This document shows, in pieces, positions 8,338 through 18,358 of a DNA stretch of 64,000 bases. This stretch comes from an uncultured Candidatus Micrarchaeota archaeon. GTDB taxonomy: Archaea; Micrarchaeota; Micrarchaeia; Micrarchaeales; CABMGC01. A model generated the notes under the pieces. It did not search any database. It saw only the letters and a program-made list of their open reading frames with translations, and was not told the origin of the DNA. The DNA is taken from contig CAWHXT010000005.1 of assembly GCA_963833485.1 (NCBI GenBank), forward strand, positions 347,545 to 411,544, in the 5' to 3' direction. The position numbers and the translations under genes are program-made. The stretch's first letter is position 1; each line of letters opens with the position of its first letter.

Positions 8338-8739
8338 TTAACGCTTAGCTAAGCTGCCTTGGAAGAGACTCTTCGCCAGTCTGGCCCTCAGATCGTTTCC
8401 TACGTTCTTGTACTTAGCCTTGACCCTCTCCCTCGTGCTCGAGGTCATCTTTTCGTAGCAGGCTACGCATAGTACTCTCCTTTTCACGAAGCCCTCCAGT
8501 ACGTATGGATCGCGTTCCTGCACGTATTCAGGCGGCACTACCTTTATCTCCCCCTTTGCCAGGAGCCTGTTGCAGGCCATGCAGCTGTTCTCGACCATGT
8601 TCTTGAGGTCCTTTTCCTCAGCTTCGCTCACTTTGTAGACAAAGCCGTCTGAGGCAGCCACTTTTCGGTTGAAGCCTATCGCTCCCCCGCCAGGCGCTAC
8701 TATCTCTTCCCCAAGATATTCCATCCCCATCCCCCACAC
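8338..8739 (-). CDS. Hypothetical protein with a CxxC...CxxC zinc-ribbon-like motif
   Basis: 133-aa ORF containing CMACN...CVACY. I recognise no family. Confidence 0.5.
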   Translation of the reverse strand: MWGMGMEYLGEEIVAPGGGAIGFNRKVAASDGFVYKVSEAEEKDLKNMVENSCMACNRLLAKGEIKVVPPEYVQERDPYVLEGFVKRRVLCVACYEKMTSSTRERVKAKYKNVGNDLRARLAKSLFQGSLAKR

Positions 8740-8827
8740 CTATTTTATTATACTTTCCCCTGTTTATATTATAGCGAAACTTGTATTTATTTGTTCTGTT
8801 TTAAAAGTGCAATATAGAGTATTAAAT

Positions 8828-8844
8828 ATGTAATAATATTACAT
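8828..8844. promoter_or_regulatory. 17-bp perfect palindrome (atgtaata a tattacat) in the carbamate kinase upstream region
   Basis: Read directly. It lies between a TATA-like tattaaat and the aggtg Shine-Dalgarno-like element 6 nt before ATG 8867. The AT-rich context raises the odds of chance occurrence. Confidence 0.3.
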
Positions 8845-8866
8845 TTTTAGCTATAAAGGTGCAAAA

Positions 8867-9736
8867 ATGCTTAATGTTCTCTCAATAGGAGGAAATGCGT
8901 TACAAGGCCTAAAAAGGGTGGAAAGCCTGCTGAGGGTAGTAGAAAGGCTGAGCGCTTCTAGCAGCCTTTTGATCACCCACGGCAACGGTCCGCAGGTAGG
9001 GGAGCTTGCAAGTGTTGAGCACAGGAACCTTGGCATAATCACAGCCCAGACAGAGGCGGAGATAGGGCTTGAGCTGGAAAGGCAGATGATAGACTATTTC
9101 GAAAGAAGAAAGGTAAAGAGAGAGATAGAGGTGGTGCTCACTGAGGTGCTGGTGGACGCGAAGGATCCGGCATTCAGGAACCCTAGCAAACCCATAGGAA
9201 GGTTCTACTCTTCCACAGAGGCTAAGAGGCTTCAGGGGAGGAACCTGAGGATGAAGCACCTTATAGGAGGCTATCGCAGGGTTGTCGCATCTCCAAAGCC
9301 TAAGAAAGTGCTTAACCTAGATAGCATACAGTATCTGCTTAAAAAGAGGTATATAGTGATAGCCGGCGGGGGCGGGGGCATACCCCTCCTAGACAGGAGC
9401 GAAGGATACCGCTTTGCGGAAGCAGTTATAGACAAGGATTACACATCAGCTCTTCTTGCAAGATCTCTCTCAGCTAAAAGGTTATTTATACTGACTAAAG
9501 TCGACGGGGTTTACCTAGACTTCAAAGGCAAGAATCAGAGGATGCTTGGAAGAATCAAGGTTGGTGCACTTTCCAAACTTATGACCAGGGAGAAGTTCGA
9601 GGAGGGAAGCATGAAGCCAAAGCTGGCGGCATGCATAGATTTTGTAAGAAAAACAAGAGGGACAGCCGTCATAGGGAACATCAGAAAGGCGGAGGACGCA
9701 ATCGCGTTGAGAAACTGCACCGTTATTCTGCCTTGA
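8867..9736 (+). CDS. arcC: Carbamate kinase (amino-acid kinase family)
   Basis: LLITHGNGPQVG and IVIAGGGGGIP are carbamate kinase signatures. The protein is 289 aa. Confidence 0.85.
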   Translation: MLNVLSIGGNALQGLKRVESLLRVVERLSASSSLLITHGNGPQVGELASVEHRNLGIITAQTEAEIGLELERQMIDYFERRKVKREIEVVLTEVLVDAKDPAFRNPSKPIGRFYSSTEAKRLQGRNLRMKHLIGGYRRVVASPKPKKVLNLDSIQYLLKKRYIVIAGGGGGIPLLDRSEGYRFAEAVIDKDYTSALLARSLSAKRLFILTKVDGVYLDFKGKNQRMLGRIKVGALSKLMTREKFEEGSMKPKLAACIDFVRKTRGTAVIGNIRKAEDAIALRNCTVILP

Positions 9737-9739
9737 GAG

Positions 9740-10423
9740 TTAGGCGGGAGGTTTTTTACCCGTCAGCGCGTTAATGCACCGTTCTGCCTTATTACGTACT
9801 CCTACTACAAATAACTGATCGATTTCCGGACCCTCGTGTCTTAGCTCTCCCAAATTGGCCTCTTCATTCATCATCAGCACTCTCCACATACCAACAGGGT
9901 CGTCTCTTGTCGCCTTATCCGTCCTTATCTTCCTTTTCTTCTTGAAGTCGCTGAAAACGCCGAACCTTTCACAGAAAGCCTCTCCTCCAAAATTCCGGTC
10001 TATAACTGTGCCGGTATCAAATTCTATGACGCACATACTCATTGTATCCTTGTCCTGACTTTTTTTCTCTTTAGCGAATGATACAGCGATAGGCGCTTTT
10101 TCTAACTTAATGCCACCTACGTGAACCTCAAGGTCCTCGCTTAAGGAGGGCAGCACAGTGAGAAAGTTTGCGTGCATGTCAAAGGTTCTTATAAAAGCCT
10201 CCTCAGAGCTGATAATCTCCACTCCTGGCTGTTCCATCTTTTTGATCTCTTCAGGTGTCTTTCTGCGTAATAGCTCTGAATCTATGATTAATTGAAGCGG
10301 CGTCTCTGCTTCGCGTCTGTAAGAAAGTTGAAGTACTCCTTCGTAACGTATGTGGTTCGCCTCAGCTCCTTTCCCTCCAGCATTGAAGAATACGGTAAGC
10401 GTTTTCTGCGGTGTCCCCATCAA
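9740..10423 (-). CDS. Hypothetical protein
   Basis: 227-aa ORF with no recognisable motif. Confidence 0.5.
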   Translation of the reverse strand: MMGTPQKTLTVFFNAGGKGAEANHIRYEGVLQLSYRREAETPLQLIIDSELLRRKTPEEIKKMEQPGVEIISSEEAFIRTFDMHANFLTVLPSLSEDLEVHVGGIKLEKAPIAVSFAKEKKSQDKDTMSMCVIEFDTGTVIDRNFGGEAFCERFGVFSDFKKKRKIRTDKATRDDPVGMWRVLMMNEEANLGELRHEGPEIDQLFVVGVRNKAERCINALTGKKPPA

Positions 10424-10437
10424 ATTCGTCCTAAGTA

Positions 10438-10668
10438 TTATGTCTTGAAGCCTGCCTTTTCACTATCCTGCTTTTCCCCATGCTCGCTTATTGAGAAGTT
10501 GTAATTTCCATGCTTCATGTTGCACAGGCGTATGTGCAGTAAGTAGGCCATCGGATCTTCAAACACCCCGCTGCATAGCCAACAGGTATACCTTTTCGAT
10601 TCCTCTTTAACCTTATTCCTGTTCCTATCAAAGAAATTAAAATTTCTGAGAAGGTTGCCTGTGTTCAT
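10438..10668 (-). CDS. Small C2H2-type zinc-finger protein
   Basis: YTCWLCSGVFEDPMAYLLHIRLC fits Cx2Cx12Hx4(H/C). Confidence 0.5.
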   Translation of the reverse strand: MNTGNLLRNFNFFDRNRNKVKEESKRYTCWLCSGVFEDPMAYLLHIRLCNMKHGNYNFSISEHGEKQDSEKAGFKT

Positions 10669-10920
10669 TTTTTCACTTTATATAAGTATAAGGCGCACTT
10701 TGAGGTGCGCCGTTTGGGGATGGGATAAAGGCTTCTAAAATAGAAGCCAGAATAAGCTCCAGAAATGGTATGTTGTCATTCGTGTGGATTTTAAAGTCGT
10801 TCATAGCAGCCCTAAAATTTAATATTTCTATGCTTTTTCTGGTTTATATATTGTTACTTTATTTAAAAAATACCGATTGAACTTTGTTGTTTTGTAAAAA
10901 TTAGCTGTCGAAGAGGCAGC

Positions 10921-12027
10921 TTATGCGCGTTTGAAAGTCATCTTCACCGCCTTCGTGACGATCTTGATTCCGGCGTTTGTCTTTATTCCAGAACCGTCAA
11001 ACTGGGTCCTGCTTGTTTCGTAGCCATTCAATCCTTTAATCACAGAGTCTGGGGAGACACCACCCAATTTCAGCGATTTGGTGAGCTTGGGCACCGAATA
11101 GAAGAAAGGCGTGTCGTACTCCTCACTGATCCTCTCTACAAGCTCCACAGAATCTTTGTCAATTAGCCTGTCTCTCTTTCCTACCCTAAGCATCTCTTTC
11201 ACCAAGTTCTTGTCGTAGAGCCCTCCCAGCCACACCGGCCCAAACCCCTCTACCCGATTGCCGCAGTTCTCGCATTCAGTCCCAAGCTTCGGCACCAATC
11301 CCCTCAAGTACCCAAACCAGTGGCACTTAACGCAGAAATTCCCAAATCCAAGCTGTTTAACGCTGTAAACAGCCCTCTCCGCGCCATGCCTCAGGCCTAA
11401 GAATACCCTGATATAATGCTGGTGCGCCACCACGAACTTCACCTCCACCCCGAAGTTGAACTGTGCAGCAGCCTTTGCAACATAACCTATCAATATCCTT
11501 ACCGCGGACTCGTGGCAAAGCTCTCCGTGCAGGGGTTTAGCACCATAGATCTTTAGGCACGCATTGGGGTGTGCACCACACAACACTGCCATGTCTGTTG
11601 CCGTCACCATCAACATCGTACCCTCTTTAACCACCTTCATCAGGTCGTAGATGTTCGGTGCCGGGCTCCCGAAAGGGTCCAGATCTATGAAATCGAACCT
11701 GCTTTCAGTCGTATTGCAAAACTCCTGTATGCTCTTGTTTAGCACAATAGCCTTGATCTTGTTTTCGGAAACGTTCCGCTTCGTGTTTAGATAGGCGCCC
11801 CTATTCATGTCTAAAAACATGACATTTCTGATTTTTACCTCTAAAGCGTACCTTATCCCTCTCACTCCCGTAGCCGAGGTGCTGTCCAGCATCGCATCCT
11901 TCGGATCTATCTTGCATGCCTTTAGGAACATCACGGATATGTCCCTCAGCTCTCTCATCTTAGGGTTGTAAAAAACCCCGTCACTCAGCCTTATTTTCGC
12001 TCTACCTTCAACAATTTTTTCTTTCAT
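10921..12027 (-). CDS. trm1: tRNA (guanine26-N2)-dimethyltransferase Trm1
   Basis: FYNPKMRELRDISV, SATGVRGIRYALE, FIDLDPFGSP, a C-terminal Cys cluster and a length of 368 aa all fit Trm1. Confidence 0.9.
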   Translation of the reverse strand: MKEKIVEGRAKIRLSDGVFYNPKMRELRDISVMFLKACKIDPKDAMLDSTSATGVRGIRYALEVKIRNVMFLDMNRGAYLNTKRNVSENKIKAIVLNKSIQEFCNTTESRFDFIDLDPFGSPAPNIYDLMKVVKEGTMLMVTATDMAVLCGAHPNACLKIYGAKPLHGELCHESAVRILIGYVAKAAAQFNFGVEVKFVVAHQHYIRVFLGLRHGAERAVYSVKQLGFGNFCVKCHWFGYLRGLVPKLGTECENCGNRVEGFGPVWLGGLYDKNLVKEMLRVGKRDRLIDKDSVELVERISEEYDTPFFYSVPKLTKSLKLGGVSPDSVIKGLNGYETSRTQFDGSGIKTNAGIKIVTKAVKMTFKRA

Positions 12028-12036
12028 TGGTTCACT

Positions 12037-12270
12037 CTAGATGTTGTTCATTTTCAGCACAGCGTCAAGCAGTCCATGGGCGTACGCAACGCTTGAAAAT
12101 GAAGTGTAAAAGTCGCCCTTCTTCAGCCATGATTCAGCGTCGCTTGCGTACATCTTCGCAAGCTCTACAATCTTCTTCTGTCCAGTTTCGAGCTTTACTT
12201 TGTCTAGTCTTTTGACACTTTCATGAAATTTCCCTATGTCTTTCTCTATCCTATCTTTAATCTCTTCCAT
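12037..12270 (-). CDS. Small helical protein, possibly DUF357 family
   Basis: 77 aa, helical, with GDFYTSFSSVAYAHGLLDA. The family assignment is from memory of the pattern only. Confidence 0.45.
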   Translation of the reverse strand: MEEIKDRIEKDIGKFHESVKRLDKVKLETGQKKIVELAKMYASDAESWLKKGDFYTSFSSVAYAHGLLDAVLKMNNI

Positions 12271-12285
12271 ATAATCAATTTTGGC

Positions 12286-13792
12286 TCATTTTATGCATGT
12301 ATAATTGTTTGGCAGATATATTGAAAAGTTTGTATAGCTGAAGGTTTGCGACATTCCGGTAAGGCTGTTTATCCCTCCTACGCAGTAGTTCTGGACGCCT
12401 GCGTTTTCGAATGCTAATATCGGCATTCTTTCCACGGGTAGAGTTACAGAGATATGGGGGATACGTAGTTACGTTATAGAAGTTCATGTAAGGCCACGCG
12501 TTAGAGACAATCCTGCAGCCACTTAAGTTATGTGCCTGGAGAGCACTTACTGCAAGTGTAAACTCTTGGTTTTTGAAACCCAAAACCCGTAGCACGTTAA
12601 AATGAATCTGCGTCCAGTTAAGATACAACATACAAAGCAGTATAAGTGTAACCGCGAACACGACGTACGGTAGTATTTGATCAAGAGCGTAACGCTTTTT
12701 TATGATATTTATTTTTACCTTTTTTATCTCTTTAGCGTTCAATGCGACCGCCGCCAATATCGACATGCTTCCATAGACAAGATACCCTAGCCTAATTGCG
12801 CCTTGTGCGTTGTTGTATACAAACCAAAACCCGATGAATGCTAAAACCAGGAAAGAAAATACTATTCTATTTCTTTGGTTTTTGAAGAGATTTTTTGTAG
12901 CTTCGATCAGCTTTTTGCTAGTTTTGGGAAGACTGCGCTTAAGATAAAGGAGAAGTAGTGCAGAAACCGCAAACACAATTAGCGGATACCATATGATTGA
13001 TGACAGCATAGAGAAGAACGATCCTCCACTATTTTGTGGCTGTATTTCGGCAATCTGTATCAGATAACTTTGGAGAGGATTGCCGTATATTAAGAAATTA
13101 AATAAAAGCCATGGTGCCGTTATAAGAATGTCTAAGAGGATCGCCTTAAAGATTGTTTTTCTATCTCCTAAAAGTAGAAGTATAGGAAACAAGATAAGGC
13201 TGCCATACTTGGCGAGACAGGTCAAGCCCATGAATATTCCTGCTTTGTAATCCTTCTTTACTACAAATCCCATTGTGATCATGGCGAAGCTTAGTGCAAG
13301 AATCTCTCCTCCGTTATACAAGATGGTAAAATTTATCACGTACGGTGCGACTACCAATGACAAGAGAAGCAACGGGTTCATATCTAACTTCTTCGCGGCA
13401 ATATAACACGCAAAGAAAAGAAGTAGTAATAGAAACACAAGGTAGGCCTGCAATGCCATCCCATTTGCAAATATTATGAATATTCCTATAAGAACTGAGG
13501 GTAGCGGATCCCAGACATCATCGAAATAGATACCATTGCTTACGGCTACAGACGGCTGCACGTTGATTATGTAGTTTTTCCCCAAGACGGTTACATTTAA
13601 GGGCATTTTTATGTTGAAAACATCAAGATGCGAGTAAAAATAGCTGCTCGAAAGTGTTCTTCCATTTAGATAACGAGATAAAAAGTCCCATCCGACGCCG
13701 TTAACATTGTAGACACTAAGTACTGCCGAAGTGCTAATTATGAACAGCACGGCAGTGCAGATAATTGTGTACTTACTTATCGAATATACCAT
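12286..13792 (-). CDS. Polytopic membrane protein, GT-C-like glycosyltransferase candidate; frameshifted near its 3' end
   Basis: More than 10 predicted TM helices. The ORF-track tail (…RKRRRPELLRRRDKQ…) looks non-native. Skipping one base in the G5 run at 12466..12470 gives ...ISVTLPVERMPILAFENAGVQNYCVGGINSL...NNYTCIK-stop (12288-12286). Confidence 0.55.
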
Positions 13793-13917
13793 CTAATCTA
13801 CAAGGAGCCTGTATTGGTTTATTCACTTCCAATTTGGGCTTTGTCGTTTTATTAATATGTATATCTTCTTATTTATTTACCAGCTCTAATAATAGACTTA
13901 GATACGGTGTAATTTAT

Positions 13918-14272
13918 ATGAAGGTTACCAAGAGCACAAAAAATTGGTTGAAGGATTTCTTGTTAAGTATATGTTTAGTAGCATATCTTATCTCCGTCAT
14001 CTCCCTAGTCTATCGTAATAACTTAATGCTCACGGTTCTGGTCATTTTTGGAGGTATGCTAAGTCTGTGGCTATGGCACGAGAAAGAGGACGTTTATTGT
14101 TATATCGTGTCGATGATAGGGGGGACCGATAGCCGAAATAATATTTACACACTTTGGTGTGTGGGCGTATTTTAACCCATCATTTCTTGGCATACCTATA
14201 TGGTTACCACCTGCATACGGCATGGCAGTATTGACGTTTAGAAGAATAGCTTATTCTCTCATGAATCTGTGA
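13918..14272 (+). CDS. Small membrane protein (about 117 aa), frameshifted at a G6 run
   Basis: Starts at MKVTKSTKNW (ATG 13918). Skipping one G in 14119..14124 continues as GGPIAEIIFTHFGVWAYFNPSFLGIPIWLPPAYGMAVLTFRRIAYSLMNL-stop at 14272. Confidence 0.5.
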
Positions 14273-14342
14273 AAGTAAGCAATCAATCATCATTTGCAAA
14301 GCTTTATTAATAAAGGGCGTAAAAATTATATAAGGTGCAACC

Positions 14343-14939
14343 ATGGCTGACAATTACGATATAAGCGATGACACTCAGGAATACGTAAACGCGATAGACC
14401 AAAAGATTGGAGACAGGTATGGAGTTAGCCTTTACAACATTCTCAACGACTCGAATGCCCTGAAGGGGAAGGATAACGCAAAACAGATACTCATCGGCAT
14501 GAGAGCCGACATAACAGAGTTCTTTAGTTCCTTAACTACCAAGTTGAAGGTTGAGCAGGAGGAGCTGGAGAACGAGCTGAAGGCTGCAGACACGCTTTAC
14601 AATAGAATAAATGACCTGATAAAGAACAAGGCCTCGTTTGCAGGCATACCTTATGTAAAACCTTTTGGCATTGAGAGGGACACTGATAACGAGGAAAATA
14701 TAGTAATAGATCAGTTTGACAACACTGTCGACACCCTTATAACCAGATTAGTGGGGGTGGTACATTATATTGCAGACATATCTGCGCAATACAAGGAATA
14801 CAACCTTGGAACTTGGCTCTTCTCTGGAAACAAGAACTACCTCCTCACTATAAACCCTCCAACCAGTATCCTCTTCAATATAGAAGTTGGCAAAAGCGAA
14901 ATAAACTACGCGCTCGACTCGATTGAGGCAGGGCTTTGA
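14343..14939 (+). CDS. Hypothetical protein, translationally coupled (4-nt overlap) to the following kinase gene
   Basis: 198-aa ORF preceded by an aggtg element. I recognise no family. Confidence 0.5.
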   Translation: MADNYDISDDTQEYVNAIDQKIGDRYGVSLYNILNDSNALKGKDNAKQILIGMRADITEFFSSLTTKLKVEQEELENELKAADTLYNRINDLIKNKASFAGIPYVKPFGIERDTDNEENIVIDQFDNTVDTLITRLVGVVHYIADISAQYKEYNLGTWLFSGNKNYLLTINPPTSILFNIEVGKSEINYALDSIEAGL

Positions 14940-15499
14940 TGCAAAGAATTTTCGTAATAACTGGAACACCTGGAGTTGGCAAGACTACGATGCTCAATGG
15001 CATAAAGAAAAGGCTTAGTGACTGCAGCGTATATGATACCACCAAGATCATAAACGATTACAAGGCATACAGTGGCAAGGACCGCTTCGGCACAAAGATT
15101 GTGAATCTAGGCAAGCTTCGTCGCATACTTCTCAGGATGCTTGCAAAGGACAAGAGCCGCATAATAATTCTTGAGGGGCACATCCTGTGCGAATTCAACA
15201 TACCAAAAGCAAGAGTGATAGTGATCCGGAGCCATCTCAATACTATAAAGGCAAGGCTTCTCGAGAGGAAATATCCTGTTGAAAAGATCAGGGACAATAT
15301 AGTAAGCGAGGCTCTTGACTACTGCGGCTTCAGGTCAAGAGTGAACTACAAGAACGTGTACGAAATCCTAAAAGGTAGTTCAGCGAACACCAAAATTCTA
15401 AATGTAATAACTGGAAAAGGTAGATTGGGCACAGCAGAAATAAATTTGCTTCCTGAGCTCAAGGTAGTAATAAAGAAAAATAGTAGGTTTGCGCTTTAA
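14936..15499 (+). CDS. Fap7/AK6-like P-loop NTPase (putative adenylate kinase)
   Basis: The N-terminal IFVITGTPGVGKTT Walker A motif and the 187-aa size are typical of archaeal Fap7. Confidence 0.7.
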   Translation: MMQRIFVITGTPGVGKTTMLNGIKKRLSDCSVYDTTKIINDYKAYSGKDRFGTKIVNLGKLRRILLRMLAKDKSRIIILEGHILCEFNIPKARVIVIRSHLNTIKARLLERKYPVEKIRDNIVSEALDYCGFRSRVNYKNVYEILKGSSANTKILNVITGKGRLGTAEINLLPELKVVIKKNSRFAL

Positions 15500-16884
15500 T
15501 CCATTATGAACTTGTTCTTCAACTCAAAGAGTGCAAACTCAGAATACTCTCGAGGGAGTTTGTTTACAAAAAGCTTCGCACCCTTCAGGCTTATGTCCTT
15601 GCGACTTTTCACGAGCGTTCCCTTTACCACATCTTTCAATACCTGCTCTGCGTTCTTGTATTTGCTGAAGCCGATTGCGCTCAACTTGTCATCATTCAAG
15701 AATATCCCAATTCCCTTTTCATGTGTCTTCAGAAACGCCTTCACGTTTTTCTTGTCCGAAAGCACGCTCGGACCGCTGAAAACAGTGGTCTGCATGGACT
15801 CTTTTGGAGTTAGATAAATTATGAATCCTTTCGATGCTTTCACCCACACCGCGCTAAGATAAACACGAAAACCGATTCTTCTGATAATATCTGCTGTGAT
15901 CTCAGAGACCTTCTTCAGCTGAGGCCATACAATGTCTTCACTTTTGTTCGGCACCTTTAATGTTATCATATACATGTTTAGGTCTGCCTTCTTCACAAAA
16001 TCCATGACCTTCTTGTGTGCCTCTGAAGAGGAGAAGCCGGCTCCGTATATTATTTTTATATCTGGCTTGTCTACGAATTTTCTTGCCAATGTTGTGAATC
16101 TCGCCAACGACTCAAGCGAGACTCCAGCCGCAACGTTCCTGTTCTGATCTACAGGGTCTATCACGACGAACTTCGAGTTGAATTTTTCAAATACTCCCTT
16201 GCTCGGCTTGGTGCTCTTTTCTTTCGGGCTTATATACATCGGCAACTTGAAATCTGCAGCGCCCTCAAGAAGCGCATTCAAAGAACTGTGATGGTAGATA
16301 AGCAATTCGCAAAGATATCCGGAAAAGCCTTTCGTCTTGACTTCTGCTCCATAGATGTTGTTGTTTTTCAACATATATTTTAGAATCCTTACCTCGTTTT
16401 TCTGTCTCTCGTTCAGGTTATTGTTTATGAAGTTGGTGTGAAGAGGCGTCCTGTCAACTGAAGTGGCCATCTCCTCTATGTTTCCTATCTTATAAGCTGG
16501 TACAAGATCTATCCTAATGCCAACGTCGTTAAGGTGCAGTCTAGCATAAGGATGTTCTGCATATTTTATCTCATAGCTTTCGTTCTTCTTCTTATCAACA
16601 ATCTTCTTCGCGTACTCTATCCCCTTTTTCTTTATCTCCTTGTCACTCATCTTCCTGTCGAACAGCATGAACAGATCTACGTCTGAGTCCCCTTTCAGGT
16701 TCGTGCTTCTGGCTATCGATCCTACTATGACGAGCTCAACACTCTTCGGTACGATCTTCTTTAGCCTTGATATTATCTGGTTTGCGCTAGATATTGATGT
16801 CTCTATCTCAAGCTTGCTGGGCTTTATGTTTGATAGCACCTCACTGTAGATTTTCCTCGTTATTTTCTCTTTTCTTGTATCCAT
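15496..16884 (-). CDS. cca: Archaeal class-I CCA-adding enzyme (tRNA nucleotidyltransferase)
   Basis: VGSIARSTNLKGDSDVDLFMLF is the nucleotidyltransferase motif. The 462-aa length and overall layout fit the archaeal Cca enzyme. Confidence 0.88.
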   Translation of the reverse strand: MDTRKEKITRKIYSEVLSNIKPSKLEIETSISSANQIISRLKKIVPKSVELVIVGSIARSTNLKGDSDVDLFMLFDRKMSDKEIKKKGIEYAKKIVDKKKNESYEIKYAEHPYARLHLNDVGIRIDLVPAYKIGNIEEMATSVDRTPLHTNFINNNLNERQKNEVRILKYMLKNNNIYGAEVKTKGFSGYLCELLIYHHSSLNALLEGAADFKLPMYISPKEKSTKPSKGVFEKFNSKFVVIDPVDQNRNVAAGVSLESLARFTTLARKFVDKPDIKIIYGAGFSSSEAHKKVMDFVKKADLNMYMITLKVPNKSEDIVWPQLKKVSEITADIIRRIGFRVYLSAVWVKASKGFIIYLTPKESMQTTVFSGPSVLSDKKNVKAFLKTHEKGIGIFLNDDKLSAIGFSKYKNAEQVLKDVVKGTLVKSRKDISLKGAKLFVNKLPREYSEFALFELKNKFIMD

Positions 16885-16940
16885 AGAACGTTCTATATAT
16901 GCTACTCCCTTATAAGTTTTTAAGTATTCCTAGTAATTAC

Positions 16941-17012
16941 GGGCTCGTGGCTCAGTAGCAGAGCGTCCCGTTCGCAACGGGAAGGTCGCGGGTGCGATTC
17001 CCGCCGAGTCCA
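16941..17012 (+). tRNA. tRNA-Ala (anticodon CGC)
   Basis: Hand fold: acceptor GGGCTCG/CGAGTCC with the G3:U70 alanine identity pair, and anticodon loop TTCGCAA. The D-loop AGTAGCA and T-loop TGCGATT are atypical. Confidence 0.85.
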
Positions 17013-17142
17013 AAATCTATTTTAGAGCTGGGCGACCCCGAGGAAAAGGTTAAGATTAGCTAGTGCTTGAGCTAGAGTCCTATGAGTGAGCAAGAACGTG
17101 TAGAAACTGCACTTCCTTTTTCATTTCAGGTATGCACGGATA

Positions 17143-17967
17143 TTATGGGACACTTATTGGGAAGGAACTTGCAGCTACAGAGGTGCCTGAGTAGTTTAGA
17201 AGGTCAACGCTGATAGTGTAGCTCCCGCTCGGATAAGCATAGGGCGAGGCTGTAGGGCCCACATAAGATGAGTGTGGCATTATCCAATAGGGAATATAGC
17301 TATCTCCTATATCATGGCTAACAGGTCCTGTGATGTTCACCTGTACCGTTCCAATGTATGTTGGGAGGTCGCCGCTGTTGTACACAGTGACGTTTATCGT
17401 GCCAAGATATTTTTCATCGCCGCCGCTGGGGTTGGGAATGGAGCTGTCACTGAAGGTTTTTGGCCTTGCATCGACTACGGAGACGTTGGCACCTTTAAAT
17501 GTGAAGTTTTTCTTAACCAGAAGCTGGTTCTGATAACTTATAACCACAGTATACGTGCCCGGCAATGGAGTCTGGTAGTAATCCGCCATGAATAGCGTAA
17601 CTCTATTGTCCTGAAAATAGAAGCCGTTTCCGTCATTGTTATATAAACTTGTCAGATTCCCAGACGGGCCGGTAAAACTCGTGTTGGCATTGTGCCACGC
17701 GTCAAAGTGGATAGAAGAGGTGTAATTGCAAACCAATGCCACCTCATCAGCGAGCGAAGTGACGTTGCAATTGGTAAGGTTGAGCGTATACGCCTGAGCT
17801 GAAATGGTGGTGGTGCTCTGTATGGTCGTGCTGTTGAAAGGCATTGTTGTCTCGATAGTCGTGGTAAGATTGCTCGGCCTTTGCAAATTGTATATGAAAG
17901 TAGCCCCAACAGCCAAGATTATTATCACAATTGCAATGACTCCAATCAAAGGAGAATTCTTGTCCAT
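17143..17967 (-). CDS. Membrane-anchored extracellular protein, rich in N-glycosylation sequons
   Basis: Has an N-terminal TM helix (LIGVIAIVIIILAVGATFIY), a Thr-rich linker and many NxS/T sites. I recognise no family. Confidence 0.55.
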   Translation of the reverse strand: MDKNSPLIGVIAIVIIILAVGATFIYNLQRPSNLTTTIETTMPFNSTTIQSTTTISAQAYTLNLTNCNVTSLADEVALVCNYTSSIHFDAWHNANTSFTGPSGNLTSLYNNDGNGFYFQDNRVTLFMADYYQTPLPGTYTVVISYQNQLLVKKNFTFKGANVSVVDARPKTFSDSSIPNPSGGDEKYLGTINVTVYNSGDLPTYIGTVQVNITGPVSHDIGDSYIPYWIMPHSSYVGPTASPYAYPSGSYTISVDLLNYSGTSVAASSFPISVP

Positions 17968-18358
17968 AAAACCATAGAAGTTATCACTCGCAAAAAATAA
18001 AAGGTCTTAGTAAATAACTTATCCAAAACTCTGGGTGCGGCCACGGCTAGAACTGCACTGTATCCTTTTATATTTCTAAACGCGGTATAATCTGGGTGCG
18101 AATGTAAGAGAAATCAACTAATGGAAAGATGGGGAGCACGATTTCTATCTGAAGTACGCGAAGCAAAATAATTACCGATTTGTTATAGAGGGATGGAATG
18201 GTGGAATACGACAAAGAATTTTTGGATTACATGAAATACAAGTATAAGATTACAGTAGAACGCGCAACGAATGGAAGTGAAAAGGAAATAGTCACATTTG
18301 CTATAGCATGGGATGTGTGGAAGCAGGCAAAGAAAATTTACTTTCACTCTAAGTAATC

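Noticed and set aside
10673-10804. Two adjacent 7-bp-stem hairpins (ggcgcac-tttgag-gtgcgcc at about 10692..10711; ggcttct-aaaat-agaagcc at about 10730..10748) and a 43-aa reverse ORF spanning them, upstream of the C2H2 gene.
   Set aside because: This could be a terminator for trm1, an sRNA or a leader peptide. Nothing in the sequence lets me choose, and archaeal terminators are usually simple T-tracts.
17968-18358. A 390-bp gap containing a 10-nt repeat (tctgggtgcg, twice). I considered a possible C/D-box sRNA or other ncRNA, and a 52-aa ORF at 18198..18356 (MVEYDKEFLDYMKYKYKITVERATNG...).
   Set aside because: No C box (RUGAUGA) is paired with the single CUGA, and I could find no convincing structure. 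The small ORF has no RBS or motif support. I left it unannotated.
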